Shown here: positions 38,316 through 47,947 of the stretch, piece by piece
How the letters are laid out: the number at the start of each line of letters is the position of its first letter
Position numbering within the stretch: the first letter of the stretch is position 1
From: an uncultured Holophaga sp.
GTDB taxonomy: Bacteria > Acidobacteriota > Holophagae > Holophagales > Holophagaceae
Direction: 5' to 3'
NCBI GenBank assembly: GCA_963664825.1
Contig: OY761614.1
Span: 384,001-448,000, forward strand
Length of the DNA: 64,000 nucleotides
Made by a program: the position numbers and the translations under genes
The notes under the pieces: model-generated
Told to the model about the DNA's origin: nothing
The model's input: the letters and a program-made list of their open reading frames with translations, nothing else
The model's database searches: none

Positions 38316-40853
38316 TCAGGCCATCTTCACCGGCTCGGGCATCCGCGTGAGGGCCAACTCGATCACGTCGTCCATGTGATGGACCAGGTGGATGGTCATC
38401 TGTTCCCGGATTTCGGAAGGGATTTCCTCCAGGTGGCGGGCGTTTTCGGAAGGGATGAGCACGGTCCTGCAGCCCAGGCGGTGGGCCGCCAGGAGCTTCT
38501 CCTTGAGGCCGCCGATGGGGAGGACCATGCCCCGGAGGGTGAGTTCGCCGGTCATGGCCAAGTCGCTGCGGACAGGAATGCCCGTGAGCGCCGAGATGAG
38601 CGCTGTAGCCAGGGTGATGCCGGCGCTGGGGCCGTCCTTGGGAATGGCCCCCTCGGGCACGTGGACGTGGAGATCCATCTTCTCCAGGAAATCCGGCGAG
38701 AGCCCCAGGCGCTCGGCCCGGGCCCGCACGAAGGAGAGGGCGATCTGGGCGCTCTCCTGCATGACCTCCCCCAGTTTTCCGGTGAGTTTCAGCTTCCCCT
38801 TGCCGGGCAGCGTGGCGGCCTCGATGGTGAGCAGATCCCCGCCGGTGGAAGTCCAGGCCAGGCCGCTCACGACGCCGGGCAGCATCTCTTCATCCCGGCG
38901 CGTTTCCAGGAAGCGCTCGGGGCCGATGAGCTTGGGCAGGCGCTCGGAGGTGACGGTGGCCTGGAAGACCTCCCCGGCCAGGTCCCCCTTGTCGGGCTGT
39001 AGGCTATGGCGGGCCAGCTTGCGCAGCACGGCGCTGATCTCCCGCTCCAGTTGCCGGACGCCGGCCTCCTTGGTGTAGGCCTGGATCATCTTTTCCAGGG
39101 CGCTATCCCGGAAGACGATCTCCAGGGCCTTCATGCCGTGGCGCTCCAGGGCCTTGGGCACGAGGTGGCGCTGGGCGATGGCCAGCTTCTCCTTGAGGGT
39201 GTAGCCGGAGAGTTCGATGACCTCCAGGCGGTCCTCCAGAGCCTGGGGAATGGCGTGGCGCACATTGGCCGTGCAGAGGAAGAGCACCTGGCTGAGATCG
39301 AAGCCCAGATCCAGGTAGTGGTCCTGGAAGGCCTGGTTCTGCTCGGGGTCCAGCACCTCCAGCAGGGCCGAGGCGGGGTCGCCCCGCCAGTCGGAGGCCA
39401 TCTTGTCGAGCTCGTCCAGCAGCATGAGGGGGTTTCTCACGCCGGATTTCTTCATCAGCGAGATGATGCGCCCAGGCATGGCTCCGATGTAGGTGCGGCG
39501 ATGGCCCCGGATCTCGGCCTCGTCCCGCAGGCCCCCCAGGGAGAAGCGCAGGAAGGGGCGGTTGAGGGCCCGGGCGATGCTGCGGGCCAAGGAGGTCTTG
39601 CCCACGCCCGGAGGCCCCACCAGGCAGAGGATGGGAGACAAGCCTTTCCGGGGAGGACCGGCCGGCCCTGCGGGCCTCGTCCTCCCCGGACCCCTCGCCT
39701 CGGAGCTCGGCGGAGCCGAGTCCTCGGCCTCGCCTGTCCAGGGAGAACCGCCCAGCCCTTCGGGCCTCGCCCCCCCCGGACCTGCTTCTGGCCTCGGTGA
39801 AGCCGAGTCCTCGGCCTCCTCATTGGCGTCCTTCAGGCGCCGCATGACGGCCAGGTATTCCAGGACCCGGGCCTTCACCTTTTCGAGGCCCGCGTGGTCC
39901 TCCTCCAGGATGCGCTCCGCCTCGTCCAGGTCCAGGTGCTCGTCGGCCAGTTTCTGCCAGGGCAGCGCCAGCAGCCAATCGATGTAGGTGCGGCTTACGG
40001 TGCTCTCCGCACTCTGGGGAGGCATGGCCTCCAGGCGCTCGAGCTCCTCCAGGGCCTTCTTCTCGGCCTCTTCGCTCATGCGGGCGTCCAGGATCTGATC
40101 CTTGAGCCGCGCGAATTCGCCCTTCTCGTCCTTCTTCCCCATCTCCTGCTGGAGCACGCGCATCTTCTCGCTGAGGACGTACTGCTTGTGGTCCTCGTCC
40201 AGGCGGGCCCGGGTCTTCTCCTCCAGCACCTGGTCCACCGAATGGCGGGCGGCGTCGACTTCCAGGAGCTTCAGCACGGCCTGGAGCCGCGGCTCGATCT
40301 CGAGCTGCTCCAGCACGCCCTGCTTCTCCCGCACGTCCGAAGGCAGGAGGCCCGCCACGGTATCGATGGCACTCCCCAGGGGCAGCTCCCGGATCTGGTC
40401 CATGGACATGAGCCGGGAGGCATCGGGGTTCCGCCCGAGGAATTGTTCCACCGCGCCGTTGAAGGTCGGCAGCAGGGCCGCTTCTTCGGCCAGCGCCATC
40501 GGTTCGGCCAGGAGGCTCACATCGGCCTGGATGACATCGCCCTCGTCTTGGTAGCGCTCCAGCCTCACCCGGGCGATGCCCTTCACGCCCACCTTGTAGA
40601 AGTCCTTGGGTAGCGCGATGAGGGACTCCACCAGGGCCAGCGTGCCCGTGAGGTAGAGGCTCTCTTGCTTGGGCTCGTCCTCCTTGGGATCCCGCTGGGT
40701 CAGCATCACCAGGTGATCACCGGCCTTGATGGCCAGTTCCAGCGTGCGCACCGAGCCCCTGCGCCCCACGACGAAGGGCACCCGGGAACCGGGAAAGAGC
40801 ACCATGTCCCGGATGGGAATGGCAGGCAGTGTGAGGATTTTAGGCGTGTCCAA
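38316..40853 (-). CDS. lon: Lon protease (endopeptidase La) with ~60-aa insertion
   Basis: LON N-domain, [33 protein letters not shown] start. Confidence 0.96.
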   Translation of the reverse strand: MDTPKILTLPAIPIRDMVLFPGSRVPFVVGRRGSVRTLELAIKAGDHLVMLTQRDPKEDEPKQESLYLTGTLALVESLIALPKDFYKVGVKGIARVRLERYQDEGDVIQADVSLLAEPMALAEEAALLPTFNGAVEQFLGRNPDASRLMSMDQIRELPLGSAIDTVAGLLPSDVREKQGVLEQLEIEPRLQAVLKLLEVDAARHSVDQVLEEKTRARLDEDHKQYVLSEKMRVLQQEMGKKDEKGEFARLKDQILDARMSEEAEKKALEELERLEAMPPQSAESTVSRTYIDWLLALPWQKLADEHLDLDEAERILEEDHAGLEKVKARVLEYLAVMRRLKDANEEAEDSASPRPEAGPGGARPEGLGGSPWTGEAEDSAPPSSEARGPGRTRPAGPAGPPRKGLSPILCLVGPPGVGKTSLARSIARALNRPFLRFSLGGLRDEAEIRGHRRTYIGAMPGRIISLMKKSGVRNPLMLLDELDKMASDWRGDPASALLEVLDPEQNQAFQDHYLDLGFDLSQVLFLCTANVRHAIPQALEDRLEVIELSGYTLKEKLAIAQRHLVPKALERHGMKALEIVFRDSALEKMIQAYTKEAGVRQLEREISAVLRKLARHSLQPDKGDLAGEVFQATVTSERLPKLIGPERFLETRRDEEMLPGVVSGLAWTSTGGDLLTIEAATLPGKGKLKLTGKLGEVMQESAQIALSFVRARAERLGLSPDFLEKMDLHVHVPEGAIPKDGPSAGITLATALISALTGIPVRSDLAMTGELTLRGMVLPIGGLKEKLLAAHRLGCRTVLIPSENARHLEEIPSEIREQMTIHLVHHMDDVIELALTRMPEPVKMA
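39647..39818. repeat. Two tandem ~90-bp palindromic units inside lon
   Basis: Units start at 39647 and 39737; both end in agccgagtcctcggcctc. Unit 1 has an 11-bp inverted repeat tccggggagga/tcctccccgga. Confidence 0.85.
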
Positions 40854-40903
40854 CGAAGTCTCCGGTACTCTGATTCTAACGATAAGGCGGCTAGACTTAA
40901 TTC

Positions 40904-43117
40904 ATGACTAGTTTAATAGTCCCTGCCCTACTATTCCTACTGGGTAGCAGCGCCCAGGCCCAGGACCCCTGGGGCTCCGTCCACCAAATGGTGGTCGACG
41001 TTCGTGCGCCGGAGGCCTTCAAATTGGTGGTCACGGATACTCGACTCAGCTTCGCCTGGTACGGTGAGCATCCTCTAGGAGCCGCGGATGGCCGAGAACT
41101 TCGCCAATTATCGGCCGAGAAGGGCAAGGCCGGAGAAGCCCTCACCAATATCATGAAAGGGCCAGGCTGGGCCCTTTTCGGTCCCTCAGATACGCGGCTA
41201 GCCGAAGGCGCTGGGCACCCCACACCCGAGGGAATACAGTCCCTCATGGAAGAAGCGGGATGGAAGCCGCTTCGGGAGGGATTGAAGGCTCACCTCCGCC
41301 TCCACCCAGACGATGGGCAGGCATGGATGGAGCTGGCCTTCGATCTCAGCCGCCAAGCATCCTCCGCCAAGATTTCCGGGACTCTCGCAAAGCCCCTTGG
41401 GGTAAGCCTTCGGAATGAACTCCTGCCCTGTCTCCAGAGAATCGCCGAAATCCCAAGCGCAGGAGATATCTGGCGCGAGCCGTATCCCCAGCCATTCGCG
41501 CTTATGCTGCTCTACCTCAAATTCACAGAGATGGACCAGGATCCGGAGCTGAAACAGTCCGCGAGACAACTCCAAGCCTCCATTCCTAAACTCATTGCCC
41601 AGGACCCCGAAGCGGAAGCACTCTGGCAGGTCCTGGATTGGACAAATAATCCAGAGGAAGCAGACTTCGGAATAGCGTCCAAACGAAACCTATTCGCCTC
41701 TCTCGAAGGTGTGCCGGGACACCCCTGGCCACCCCTCTTCCTCGCGAGCTATCTCAATAGCTTCTACATCTATCCTCTGAATCAGCTGGAAGAGGCCTAC
41801 CGGGTCGCCGAGGCGGCCATTGCCACCAGCCAGGCTCTCTGGATGACGGGCAGGCTGGGCCGGGCCCATGTCGTCCAAAATTTAGGTGCCTGGGGAACGG
41901 CCCAGTTTGATTCTCTTCTTCTCCAAGGCAAAGTCGAGGAGGCCATGACCCTTGCTTCCTCCCTGCGGACACAAGCAGGGAAAGGTTGGCCCGAAATTTC
42001 GACCCGACTCGGGAATAGCTTGGAGGACCATGTCCGCTACGAAGAGGAGCATAAGAGTAAAGGCGAGGTTCTCCAGCTAAACTCGCAACAACAAGAGACG
42101 CTCCGTAGGGCCCTCCATGAACCACCCACGGCCGACCCACCGGCACCGGAACACGCCCCCTTGCGCTTGGCTCTGTTGGAGAATGCCGCGGATCCCTTGG
42201 CCTGGGGGAGGCTTCAAATTCACCCAATCTTTGCGCCCTGGGGACCTGCAGAATTGAGCTGGCAGCCCCTCACAAAGCTCATGGCAACACGATTGCGCGA
42301 GCGCTATATCTGGCCTCAGGGCCAACGGTGGCTGCTACTGCAAAAGGACCAAGTTTTGGCTTCGGGGCCGGGTCTACCCAAGGCTGAGGTGCTCGAATCG
42401 ACTCTGCGCAGCCAAGGCGTGCCGGAATTGGAACAGCTGAGCGCCTTCATCAAGGCTCACCCCGAACGCCTAGACGCTCACCGCGCTAGGCTGGAACTCC
42501 TACGTCCCCGCCTACCCAATCCCGCCCTCGAGGGTCTATTCCTGGAGGACCTGGAAGTCACAGAAGAGCCCCCTGGCTCCCTACCCTTCGAACCCGATTT
42601 CGCAGTATGGGGTCCGGTGGCACGGCGCCTATGCACTCAAACCTCGGAACGGATCCGTCACTGGCCATTCAATGCCTCGGCCTGGGCATGCTACGCGAGC
42701 TGGTCCCTCCTTGATCCCCGGATTCAGAGACCCGCAGCCCTGCTATCTACCCTGGAAACATGGCCACATCAGAGGGGTCTGCGCGTACCAGGCCCAATTC
42801 CCTTGGTGGCCTCCAAGGCTGTCATGGGTGTGTTCCGGAGCCAGGAACGCCACCAGGACCTCGATGCTTGGATGCAGGTCCTTTGGGAGAGAGGCCTGAA
42901 GGCCTGGGTCACCCAGTGGGCCTCCCTTCCGCCTCTCGGGAAGAAGGCCGAGGGCGTTTCACTGGACCGTGCAGCTCTGGATGTGAAACAGATGTTGGCC
43001 GCCTGGGGGGATGCCCTCGCGAAACAGGGTCAAAAGGCCCGTCTAGCGGCCCTCCGGCAGGATCTTGAGAACATACGAAACGGGCTATCCGCCCTGTTAC
43101 AGGGATCTGCGAACTGA
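40904..43117 (+). CDS. Hypothetical secreted protein with two homologous halves
   Basis: 737-aa ORF that fills the intergenic gap, signal peptide (..AQA), internal repeat, atypical codons. Confidence 0.8.
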   Translation: MTSLIVPALLFLLGSSAQAQDPWGSVHQMVVDVRAPEAFKLVVTDTRLSFAWYGEHPLGAADGRELRQLSAEKGKAGEALTNIMKGPGWALFGPSDTRLAEGAGHPTPEGIQSLMEEAGWKPLREGLKAHLRLHPDDGQAWMELAFDLSRQASSAKISGTLAKPLGVSLRNELLPCLQRIAEIPSAGDIWREPYPQPFALMLLYLKFTEMDQDPELKQSARQLQASIPKLIAQDPEAEALWQVLDWTNNPEEADFGIASKRNLFASLEGVPGHPWPPLFLASYLNSFYIYPLNQLEEAYRVAEAAIATSQALWMTGRLGRAHVVQNLGAWGTAQFDSLLLQGKVEEAMTLASSLRTQAGKGWPEISTRLGNSLEDHVRYEEEHKSKGEVLQLNSQQQETLRRALHEPPTADPPAPEHAPLRLALLENAADPLAWGRLQIHPIFAPWGPAELSWQPLTKLMATRLRERYIWPQGQRWLLLQKDQVLASGPGLPKAEVLESTLRSQGVPELEQLSAFIKAHPERLDAHRARLELLRPRLPNPALEGLFLEDLEVTEEPPGSLPFEPDFAVWGPVARRLCTQTSERIRHWPFNASAWACYASWSLLDPRIQRPAALLSTLETWPHQRGLRVPGPIPLVASKAVMGVFRSQERHQDLDAWMQVLWERGLKAWVTQWASLPPLGKKAEGVSLDRAALDVKQMLAAWGDALAKQGQKARLAALRQDLENIRNGLSALLQGSAN

Positions 43118-43145
43118 TTTCTCGGCGATTGTCAGAGGCTGCGCC

Positions 43146-44375
43146 TTAGAGCAGGAGCCCGTAAAGCACAGGCACCAGTTCCTCGTAGGAGCCGCGCTTG
43201 TCGTGGACATGGATGGCCTGGAGTTCTTCCACCACACTCGGCAGGCTGGCATCCCGGCCATCGGCCACCAGGATGATCGGCGTCTCCAGCAGGAGACCGT
43301 GCTGCCTCAGGGCATCGAGGATCATCTGTCCGAAGTAGCCCCCGACCTTCATGTCCAGCAGAAGGAGATCGAAGCGGGTATCGGTGGCGAGGTGCTTGGC
43401 CTCCAGGAAGGAACCGGCCACCTGCACCTGCCGGAACCCGTCCTGATGGAGATCTGCGGCCAGGGCCGCCCGATCCTCCAGGTTGCCGGAGATGATCAGG
43501 ATCTTCCGAGAGACCTTGCGGAGCCGCATGGCCGGCGCGCAGGGACGGGCGGACTGCTCGGGTGCGGCAGGAACGCTGGGGGCCGGGGCCAGGATCACTT
43601 CGGAGGCCTTGGCGGCCACCGGCAGTTGGAGGGGCGCTCCCAGGCGGTCCCCGAGATCGGTCTTCCGCTTCTTCTTGGGAAAGGCCTGGCCGAAGGTGGT
43701 GGGGAAGCGCCGGGCCAGGATCCGCTCGATGTTCCGCTGATCGTGGGTCAGGAGATCCTCCAGCAGAAAGCCCGCGGAATCGCCCTCCTTCCCGTGGAGC
43801 ACGTGCGTCAGCACCGCCCGGCAGAGGATATCGGGCGTGTGGGGCAGGCCCTGGATGCACATCAGAGCAAAGGTGTCGCCGCGCTTCAGCTCAGGGGATT
43901 CCCCACCCGGACAGTCCAGCTCTTCGATGGCCATCCGGAGGCCCTGGAGGCTCAGATCCAGGAGCGTTCCCAGGAGGAGCCTCCCGATCACGAAGGTCTC
44001 GGCCAGGGTCTCGAGGGCGAAGACCTGGATCCCCGCCGAACGAGGGAAGGTGGCCCGGAAGCGCTCCCGCCGTTCCCCTTGGGTGATGCTGGTGGGAATC
44101 CGGAAGACCCCCGTGGAGACCACCTGGGTATTGGCGTTGAAACGCCGGGCATCCAGGAGAAAGGAGATGCAGAGCGCCTGCTCCACGGCCAGGGGGGGCG
44201 TGGTGGCAGTGACAAAGGCATTTCCGGAGATCCGCTCGATGGTGGTCTCGAAGGGGAGCGCGTCGGACTGGGGGAGCCACAGCTGGACCGGCGTCTTCAG
44301 GAGCACCAGCTCATCCAGATAGGCGCGGATCGTATCTCCGTCCCTCAGTTCGGCTTTAAGACCAAGATTGGACAC
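43146..44375 (-). CDS. PilZ-domain plus receiver (REC) domain protein
   Basis: RRERFR (RxxxR) and DLSLQG (DxSxxG), then a C-terminal REC (KILIIS...[10 protein letters not shown]). Confidence 0.8.
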   Translation of the reverse strand: MSNLGLKAELRDGDTIRAYLDELVLLKTPVQLWLPQSDALPFETTIERISGNAFVTATTPPLAVEQALCISFLLDARRFNANTQVVSTGVFRIPTSITQGERRERFRATFPRSAGIQVFALETLAETFVIGRLLLGTLLDLSLQGLRMAIEELDCPGGESPELKRGDTFALMCIQGLPHTPDILCRAVLTHVLHGKEGDSAGFLLEDLLTHDQRNIERILARRFPTTFGQAFPKKKRKTDLGDRLGAPLQLPVAAKASEVILAPAPSVPAAPEQSARPCAPAMRLRKVSRKILIISGNLEDRAALAADLHQDGFRQVQVAGSFLEAKHLATDTRFDLLLLDMKVGGYFGQMILDALRQHGLLLETPIILVADGRDASLPSVVEELQAIHVHDKRGSYEELVPVLYGLLL

Positions 44376-44411
44376 GAGCTATCATCCCACGGATCCGCGG
44401 TGCGCCTTAGC

Positions 44412-45671
44412 TCAGCCCGCCGCGGAAATCGGCAGACTGGGGAGTTCCAGCACCTTTTCCACACGCTCTCGCGTCACGCGGAGCGTCCCCCTGCCCTTCC
44501 GCTCCTCGCTGGGCATATCGAACATGGGCTCCAGCAGAATCTGCTCAAGCATGGAGCGCAGGCCCCGGGCGCCCAGCTTGCGCGTCACCGCCTGGTCCGC
44601 GATGGCGTCCAGGGCGCCGGCCTCGAAGCTGAGATCGATCTCGTCCATATCGAAAAGCTTGGTGAATTGTTTGGTGACGGCGTTCTTGGGCTCGGTGAGG
44701 ATACGCACCAGGGACTCCCGATCCAGGGGATCCAGGGTGGCCACCACGGGCATGCGGCCCACCAATTCGGGAATGAGGCCGAACTTGATGATGTCCTCGG
44801 GTTCCACATGCTTGAGGAAGGCATCCTTGCTCATCTTGGAGGTCACCTTGGCGCCGAAGCCCACGGCCTTGGCCCGGATGCGCTGCTTGATGATCTCGTC
44901 GATGCCCACGAAGGCCCCGCCGCAGATGAAGAGGATGTTCGACGTGTCCACCTGGATGAACTCCTGGTGGGGGTGCTTGCGGCCGCCCTGGGGGGGCACA
45001 TTGGCCACGGTGCCTTCGATGAGCTTGAGGAGGGCCTGCTGCACGCCCTCGCCCGACACATCCCGGGTGATGCTTGGGTTCTCGCTCTTGCGGCCGATCT
45101 TGTCGATCTCATCGATGAAGACGATGCCCCGCTGGGCCCGTTCCACATCGTAATTGGCCACCTGGAGCAGCTTGGTGAGGATGTTCTCCACGTCCTCACC
45201 CACGTAGCCAGCTTCCGTCAGCGTCGTCGCGTCGGCCATGGCCAGAGGCACATCCAGGAAGCGGGCCAGGGTCTGGGCCAGCAGCGTCTTGCCCGTGCCC
45301 GTGGGCCCGATGAGGAGGATATTGCTCTTGGCCAGCTCCACCTCGGATTCAGGGGTGCCCAGGGCCTTCTGCACGGGCACCAGGATGCGCTTGTAGTGGT
45401 TGTAGACCGCCACGGCGAGACGCTTCTTGGCAGGCTCCTGGCCGATGACATAGTCGTCCAGGAAGGCCTTGATCTCCTTGGGCCGGGCCAGCTTAGGCGT
45501 ATGGGCTCCAGCCGTCTTGCCTTGGCGGCTCATGCGCAGCTGGAGCTGGCCGGCCTCGACACATTCATTGCAGATGAACGCTCCGGGGCCCGCCAGAAGC
45601 TGCTCGACTTCGTGCGGCGCCTTGCCACAAAAGGAGCACTTCTGATCCTTCTTGATCTGCTTGGTGGTCAT
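44412..45671 (-). CDS. clpX: ATP-dependent Clp protease ATP-binding subunit ClpX
   Basis: CSFCG...ICNEC zinc finger, [31 protein letters not shown] loop. Confidence 0.98.
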   Translation of the reverse strand: MTTKQIKKDQKCSFCGKAPHEVEQLLAGPGAFICNECVEAGQLQLRMSRQGKTAGAHTPKLARPKEIKAFLDDYVIGQEPAKKRLAVAVYNHYKRILVPVQKALGTPESEVELAKSNILLIGPTGTGKTLLAQTLARFLDVPLAMADATTLTEAGYVGEDVENILTKLLQVANYDVERAQRGIVFIDEIDKIGRKSENPSITRDVSGEGVQQALLKLIEGTVANVPPQGGRKHPHQEFIQVDTSNILFICGGAFVGIDEIIKQRIRAKAVGFGAKVTSKMSKDAFLKHVEPEDIIKFGLIPELVGRMPVVATLDPLDRESLVRILTEPKNAVTKQFTKLFDMDEIDLSFEAGALDAIADQAVTRKLGARGLRSMLEQILLEPMFDMPSEERKGRGTLRVTRERVEKVLELPSLPISAAG

Positions 45672-45707
45672 GCTGGCGTCCCCCGGAGAGCCGGTCCCGT
45701 CGAAATT

Positions 45708-46175
45708 CTACTGCTGGTGGATGGTGACCAAGGCCAGGACTTCGAAGCGTTTGGTGCCCGCGGGGATGCGGATCTTGACCTCGTCGCCCTCCTTCAGGCC
45801 CACGAGGGCCGAACCGATGGGGCTGCTGATGCTGAGGTATTCGGTATTGGAATCCAGTTCCTCGGGGAGCACCAGCTTGTAGGTGACCTCCTTGTCGGAA
45901 TCCAGGTCCAAAAGGGTGATGCGGCTGCCGTAGGCGGCCTTGTCCTTGGGCAGACGGCCCACGTCCAGGCTGGCGATCTCGGTGATCCGCTTCTCCATGG
46001 CCACCAGCTTGGCCTGGAACATATCGCGTTTAGAAAGGGCCTGTTCGTACTCGGCGTTCTCCGAGAGGTCCCCCTGGGAGGCCGCGGCTGCGATTTCCCT
46101 TGGGATTTCCTCGAGAAGCGCGTGCTTCAGGGCTTTGTACTCGGCTTCAAGCTTGACAAGAACGTGCTTCGGCAT
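45708..46175 (-). CDS. greA: Transcription elongation factor GreA
   Basis: GDLSENAEY, SPIGSALVGLKEGD. Confidence 0.93.
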   Translation of the reverse strand: MPKHVLVKLEAEYKALKHALLEEIPREIAAAASQGDLSENAEYEQALSKRDMFQAKLVAMEKRITEIASLDVGRLPKDKAAYGSRITLLDLDSDKEVTYKLVLPEELDSNTEYLSISSPIGSALVGLKEGDEVKIRIPAGTKRFEVLALVTIHQQ

Positions 46176-46212
46176 GGCTAGTTCCGTGGGGTGGGCCCTC
46201 GGGCCGAGGGAT

Positions 46213-46243
46213 AAAAAAAGGTGCGCCTCGAGGGGCGAGGCGC
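46213..46243 (-). terminator. Intrinsic terminator/attenuator upstream of greA
   Basis: Minus strand: gcgcctcg-cccct-cgaggcgc, then acc and T7. Confidence 0.7.
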
Positions 46244-46287
46244 GGAGGAGTCATGCTATCACCATTCCCCTGGAGAGAGGCAAGGCC

Positions 46288-46770
46288 CTACTCCGCCAAA
46301 GCCACCTCCACGGGGCGGGCCTCCACGAGACCCAGCAGCTCCCGGGGATCCAACCCCACCAGGAAGCCCCGGGAACCTCCGTTGATATAGATGCGGTCCA
46401 GCTCCAGGATGCCCCTTTCCACATAGACCGGCATGGCCCGCTTCAATCCGAAGGGGCTGGTGCCGCCCACCAGGTAGCCCGAATACCGATTGGCCGCTTC
46501 GGGCTTGCAGATATGGATGGCCTTGGCGCCGATCTGTCGGGCCAGGGCCTTGGTGCTGACCTCCCGGTCACCGTGCATGAGCACCACCAGCGGCCTGCCC
46601 CCTTCGTCTTCCATGATGAGGGTCTTCACCACCGCATGCTCGTCGACGCCCAATTCCCGGGCGGAAACGCCTGTGCCGCCGTGTTCCTCGTAACGGTAGA
46701 GATGCTCCGTGAAGGGGACCTCCCGCGCCTTCAGGAAGCGGATTGCGGGCGTCGAGGGAGCCTTGCTCAT
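46288..46770 (-). CDS. ybaK: YbaK/EbsC Cys-tRNA(Pro) deacylase
   Basis: TPAIRFL, VVKTL, GYLVGGTSPFG, INGGSRG. Confidence 0.92.
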   Translation of the reverse strand: MSKAPSTPAIRFLKAREVPFTEHLYRYEEHGGTGVSARELGVDEHAVVKTLIMEDEGGRPLVVLMHGDREVSTKALARQIGAKAIHICKPEAANRYSGYLVGGTSPFGLKRAMPVYVERGILELDRIYINGGSRGFLVGLDPRELLGLVEARPVEVALAE

Positions 46771-46895
46771 GGGAGACCTCCAGGCGAAACCAGGACAGTG
46801 TCCCACCCAATTATCGGCCAACCCGGGCGCCAGGGATCACCCCCGCCGGAGTACGCGCATCCGAGCGGTTAGGATCAAGCAAAGGATCCTCCAGA

Positions 46896-47795
46896 ATGAC
46901 GCCACGCCCCCCTCGAAGCCTCCTGCGTATCGCGCGAAGGCAGACGGTGCGCCTCCTGAGATCCTCCGTGGAACCCGATGAGATCGAGAAGACTCTGCGG
47001 AAGACCGTCCACAGGACACTGGATCTCATCCCCCTGGATACTCGGCTGCTCATGAAGCACCACCAGCGCAACAAGCGACTCAACCGCCAGCTTGCATGGT
47101 CCCTGGCCTTCATCGCGGGGGCAGTCAACGCGGGCGGATTCATGGCGGTCAAGACCTACACTTCCCATGTGAGCGGGGCCATCTCCCGGGCTGCCGACGA
47201 ATTCGCCATCGGCAACCGGACCCTCGCACTGGGCGCAATCAGCACGGTGGGGTGCTTTGCCGCCGGGGCCTTCTTCACCTCCATGCTCATCAGCTTCGGG
47301 CGCCGCCACCGCTTCCGCAGCCATTACGCCCTGAGCCTCGCCCTCGAAGCCGGACTGATGATGGTGCTGGGCGTGATGAGCCGTGAGCTCCACCAGATGC
47401 ACCACCTTGCGTTGCCCCTCACGGTGGTGATGCTGGCCTTCCTCATGGGGATGCACAATTCCGTGGTGACCACCATTTCCAGCGCCGAGGTGCGCACCAC
47501 CCACATGACGGGCATCGCCACCGATATCGGGCTGGAACTGGGGCGCCTCTTCTACTTCAACCGGGACCGCCATCGGAAAATGAAGGAGATCAGGGCCAAT
47601 CGAGATCGCCTCAAGCTGCACGGACTGATCCTGGCCGCCTTCTTCGTGGGTGGGCTGGTGGGAGCCGTGGGTTTCCAGCACATGGGCTACAGGATCGTGT
47701 TCTTGCTTTCGGCCTTCCTCCTGCTGCTGGCGTTCCAACCCATTCTCTATGACCTACGCGTCCGGAGGCGGCTCCTGCGGCAAACGGCCTCCTGA
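46896..47795 (+). CDS. YoaK/DUF1275 family membrane protein
   Basis: LAFIAGAVNAGGF, TSHVSG, MGMHNS, VRTTHMTG. Start uncertain. Confidence 0.88.
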   Translation: MTPRPPRSLLRIARRQTVRLLRSSVEPDEIEKTLRKTVHRTLDLIPLDTRLLMKHHQRNKRLNRQLAWSLAFIAGAVNAGGFMAVKTYTSHVSGAISRAADEFAIGNRTLALGAISTVGCFAAGAFFTSMLISFGRRHRFRSHYALSLALEAGLMMVLGVMSRELHQMHHLALPLTVVMLAFLMGMHNSVVTTISSAEVRTTHMTGIATDIGLELGRLFYFNRDRHRKMKEIRANRDRLKLHGLILAAFFVGGLVGAVGFQHMGYRIVFLLSAFLLLLAFQPILYDLRVRRRLLRQTAS

Positions 47796-47947
47796 TCCCC
47801 TTCACTCCGCGGCCCACCGGGGCCTGGGTGCCGGAAGTGGCGTTCCTGGCTATACTGGGACTGAAATGAGTCCTACCAGTTAAGGATAATTGATTTGGAT
47901 CTCCGCCCTCTGGCTCATTCGGGGTCGGCCTTCCAACGGGAGTCCGA

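Noticed and set aside
43065..46181. 1038-aa plus-strand ORF, and similar long ORFs at 28977-31391, 33707-35257, 8107-9618 and 31276-33033
   Set aside because: Antisense or off-frame shadows of well-supported genes, expected in high-GC coding DNA; no recognisable motifs.
47830..47880. Possible fluoride riboswitch ahead of the Ehr operon (ggaagtggcgttcc ... tgagtcctac)
   Set aside because: Lacks the GATGG core and pseudoknot complementarity; a TATACT -10-like hexamer lies in the middle, so it is more likely a plain promoter.
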